Virus record (IMG/VR): IMGVR_UViG_3300031965_000001
Span: 71,267 to 105,910 of that record
DNA length: 34,644 nt
Origin: a virus
Reading direction: 5' to 3' (one strand)
In this document: positions 34,507 through 34,644 of the stretch, piece after piece
How positions within the stretch are numbered: the first letter of the stretch is position 1
Layout of the letters: every line of letters begins with the position of its first letter
Position numbers and translations under genes: made by a program
Notes under the pieces: generated by a model
What the model was told of the DNA's origin: nothing
Databases searched by the model: none
What the model saw: only the letters and a program-made list of their open reading frames with translations

Positions 34507-34644
34507 AAAAATATAATATCAGTTTCAACCTGTGGAAACAATACGGGATGTCAACTTTCCCTTTGCCGTGACAGATTTCGGTGAAAATGTATTTTGAGCT
34601 GTCACAGAAGATGATTCAAATGTGTTAGTCAGATACATTTTTAT

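Noticed and set aside
1-34644. Stop-codon reassignment (code 15 or 25)
   Set aside because: Long conserved genes are intact in code 11, and both TGA and TAG end genes at sensible, often coupled, positions

Overview
A 34.6-kb internal fragment of a large dsDNA tailed-phage genome (standard genetic code, no integrase or host housekeeping genes). It holds a terminase large subunit split by a 360-aa HNH intein with a probable small subunit upstream, a replication-initiator gene, a Mom-family DNA-modification gene, three free-standing HNH genes, an SprT-like protease, HTH and ribbon-helix-helix regulators, a DUF6745-type repeat protein with its usual partner, a lectin-like protein on a ~320-aa Ser/Pro stalk, a BppU-like protein, an atypical initiator-like tRNA-Met(CAU), about 40 small hypothetical genes, and a tnpB-only IS200/IS605 element inserted in a DUF1599-like gene with exactly resolvable ends. 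The most unusual signals are non-coding. At least 12 genes look leaderless and many others have CU-rich, Shine-Dalgarno-free leaders, which hints at a CPR/Patescibacteria-type host (inference). A promoter- and terminator-bounded ~94-nt sRNA candidate is complementary to those leaders. There is also an interleaved double-stem RNA ahead of the replication genes, an RHH gene with six 11-bp boxes, and several dispersed repeats. All family calls are by motif recognition; no searches were run.
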